The notes beneath the pieces were generated by a model. The model worked only from the letters and a program-made list of their open reading frames with translations. It was not told the origin of the DNA and made no database searches. This document shows, piece by piece, positions 63,176 through 64,000 of a stretch of 64,000 nucleotides of DNA. The stretch lies in IMG/VR virus record IMGVR_UViG_3300043410_001242; one strand, given 5' to 3'. The stretch is from a virus. The position numbers were made by a program, and so were the translations under genes. How positions within the stretch are numbered: the first letter of the stretch is position 1; every line of letters starts with the position of its first letter.

Positions 63176-64000
63176 ATGACTAATATGAGTAAATTCCCAC
63201 ATATCGAGCAGTTCCGTAATGTAATCCGAAAGGTTACTGATAAGACTCGGTATTCTGGTAAAGATGATAATGGTAACGCTATTTTTAATAATTCACCATT
63301 ACCCACCCTTAGATTCACTGGCACTACCAAGATTCATGGTACCAATGCCGCTGTCGGTGTTACCAATGATGGTATCCAATGGACTCAGAGTAGAGAAAAC
63401 ATTATCACCCCAGAAAAGGATAATGCTGGTTTTGCTACCTTTGCTTATAAGAATAAACAATTCTTTTCAAATCTATTGGAAAAGATGGACTATTATAGAA
63501 GTGAATATAGTGGTTTTGTTGTATATGGCGAATGGTGTGGTAAAGGTATTCAAAAAGGTGTAGCTGTATCAGAATTGGATAAAATGTTTGTGGTATTTAA
63601 TATCAAACTTATTTCCAATTCTGAAGAACAACCTAATCGTTGGTTGGAAAATGATTATGTCCAAGAATTAATCGGACATAATGAAGATGAAAGAATCTTC
63701 AATATCTTCACGTTTGGTAAGTGGGAAGTGGATATTGATTTCAATTATCCTGAACTGTCTTCCAATAAGCTTATTGAATTGACCGAATCTGTAGAATCTG
63801 AATGTCCTGTCGGTAAGTATTTCGGAGTAACCGGTGTCGGTGAAGGTATTGTATGGTCTTGCAATACTTGGCCTTATGTCGGCGGTGACTTTATGTTTAA
63901 GGTTAAAGGTGAGAAACATTCTGCTTCTAAGGTCAAAACCTTGGCCGCTGTTGACGTTGAAAGGGTTAATAGTATCAAGGAATGTGTTGATAAGATTATC
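63176..64000 (+). CDS. RNA ligase (Rnl2-like), truncated by window end; absent from ORF track
   Basis: own translation: motif I TKIHGTN, QSR, YGEWCG.GIQK, GEGIVW, FKVKGEKH. Confidence 0.85.
   Translation, partial: MTNMSKFPHIEQFRNVIRKVTDKTRYSGKDDNGNAIFNNSPLPTLRFTGTTKIHGTNAAVGVTNDGIQWTQSRENIITPEKDNAGFATFAYKNKQFFSNLLEKMDYYRSEYSGFVVYGEWCGKGIQKGVAVSELDKMFVVFNIKLISNSEEQPNRWLENDYVQELIGHNEDERIFNIFTFGKWEVDIDFNYPELSSNKLIELTESVESECPVGKYFGVTGVGEGIVWSCNTWPYVGGDFMFKVKGEKHSASKVKTLAAVDVERVNSIKECVDKII

Noticed and set aside
63264-63919. ORF-track entries 63264-63563(+) and 63668-63919(-)
   Set aside because: Alternative frames of the RNA ligase gene starting at 63176.

Overview
64 kb of a large, AT-rich T4-like (Tevenvirinae-related, environmental-type) myophage genome, coded almost entirely on the + strand. 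Layout: (1) 1-6 kb replication accessory genes (gp45, dsbA, gp44/62, regA, hsp20, dCMP deaminase); (2) 6.3-12.7 kb array of 34 tRNA genes covering all 20 amino acids, interleaved with an HNH endonuclease, a YkuK-type RNase H-like gene, a GroES-like gene and three structured non-tRNA RNA candidates; (3) 12.9-21.5 kb gp43, uvsX, gp40, gp41; (4) 21.5-26.5 kb glycan-modification cluster; (5) 26.5-35.7 kb late genes (probable capsid-internal proteins, GH19 endolysin, spanins, holin candidate); (6) 35.7-47.2 kb primase, thyX, nrdA/B, RNase H, VWA-peptidase; (7) 47-64 kb hyper-variable region of tiny ORFs punctuated by repeated strong sigma70 promoter cassettes, ending in a truncated RNA ligase. Best candidates for undescribed biology, both read directly from non-annotated sequence: (a) a 42-codon leader ORF (6100-6228) containing all 20 amino acids and 36 different codons, coupled to a mutually exclusive antiterminator/terminator and a boxA site directly in front of the tRNA array, i.e. 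a putative pan-codon translation-sensing attenuator; (b) an orphan array of six NrdR-box-like sites in three 31-32 bp-spaced pairs (51385-51567), a putative DNA decoy for the host NrdR repressor. Protein family calls are from recognised motifs and synteny only; no database search was run.
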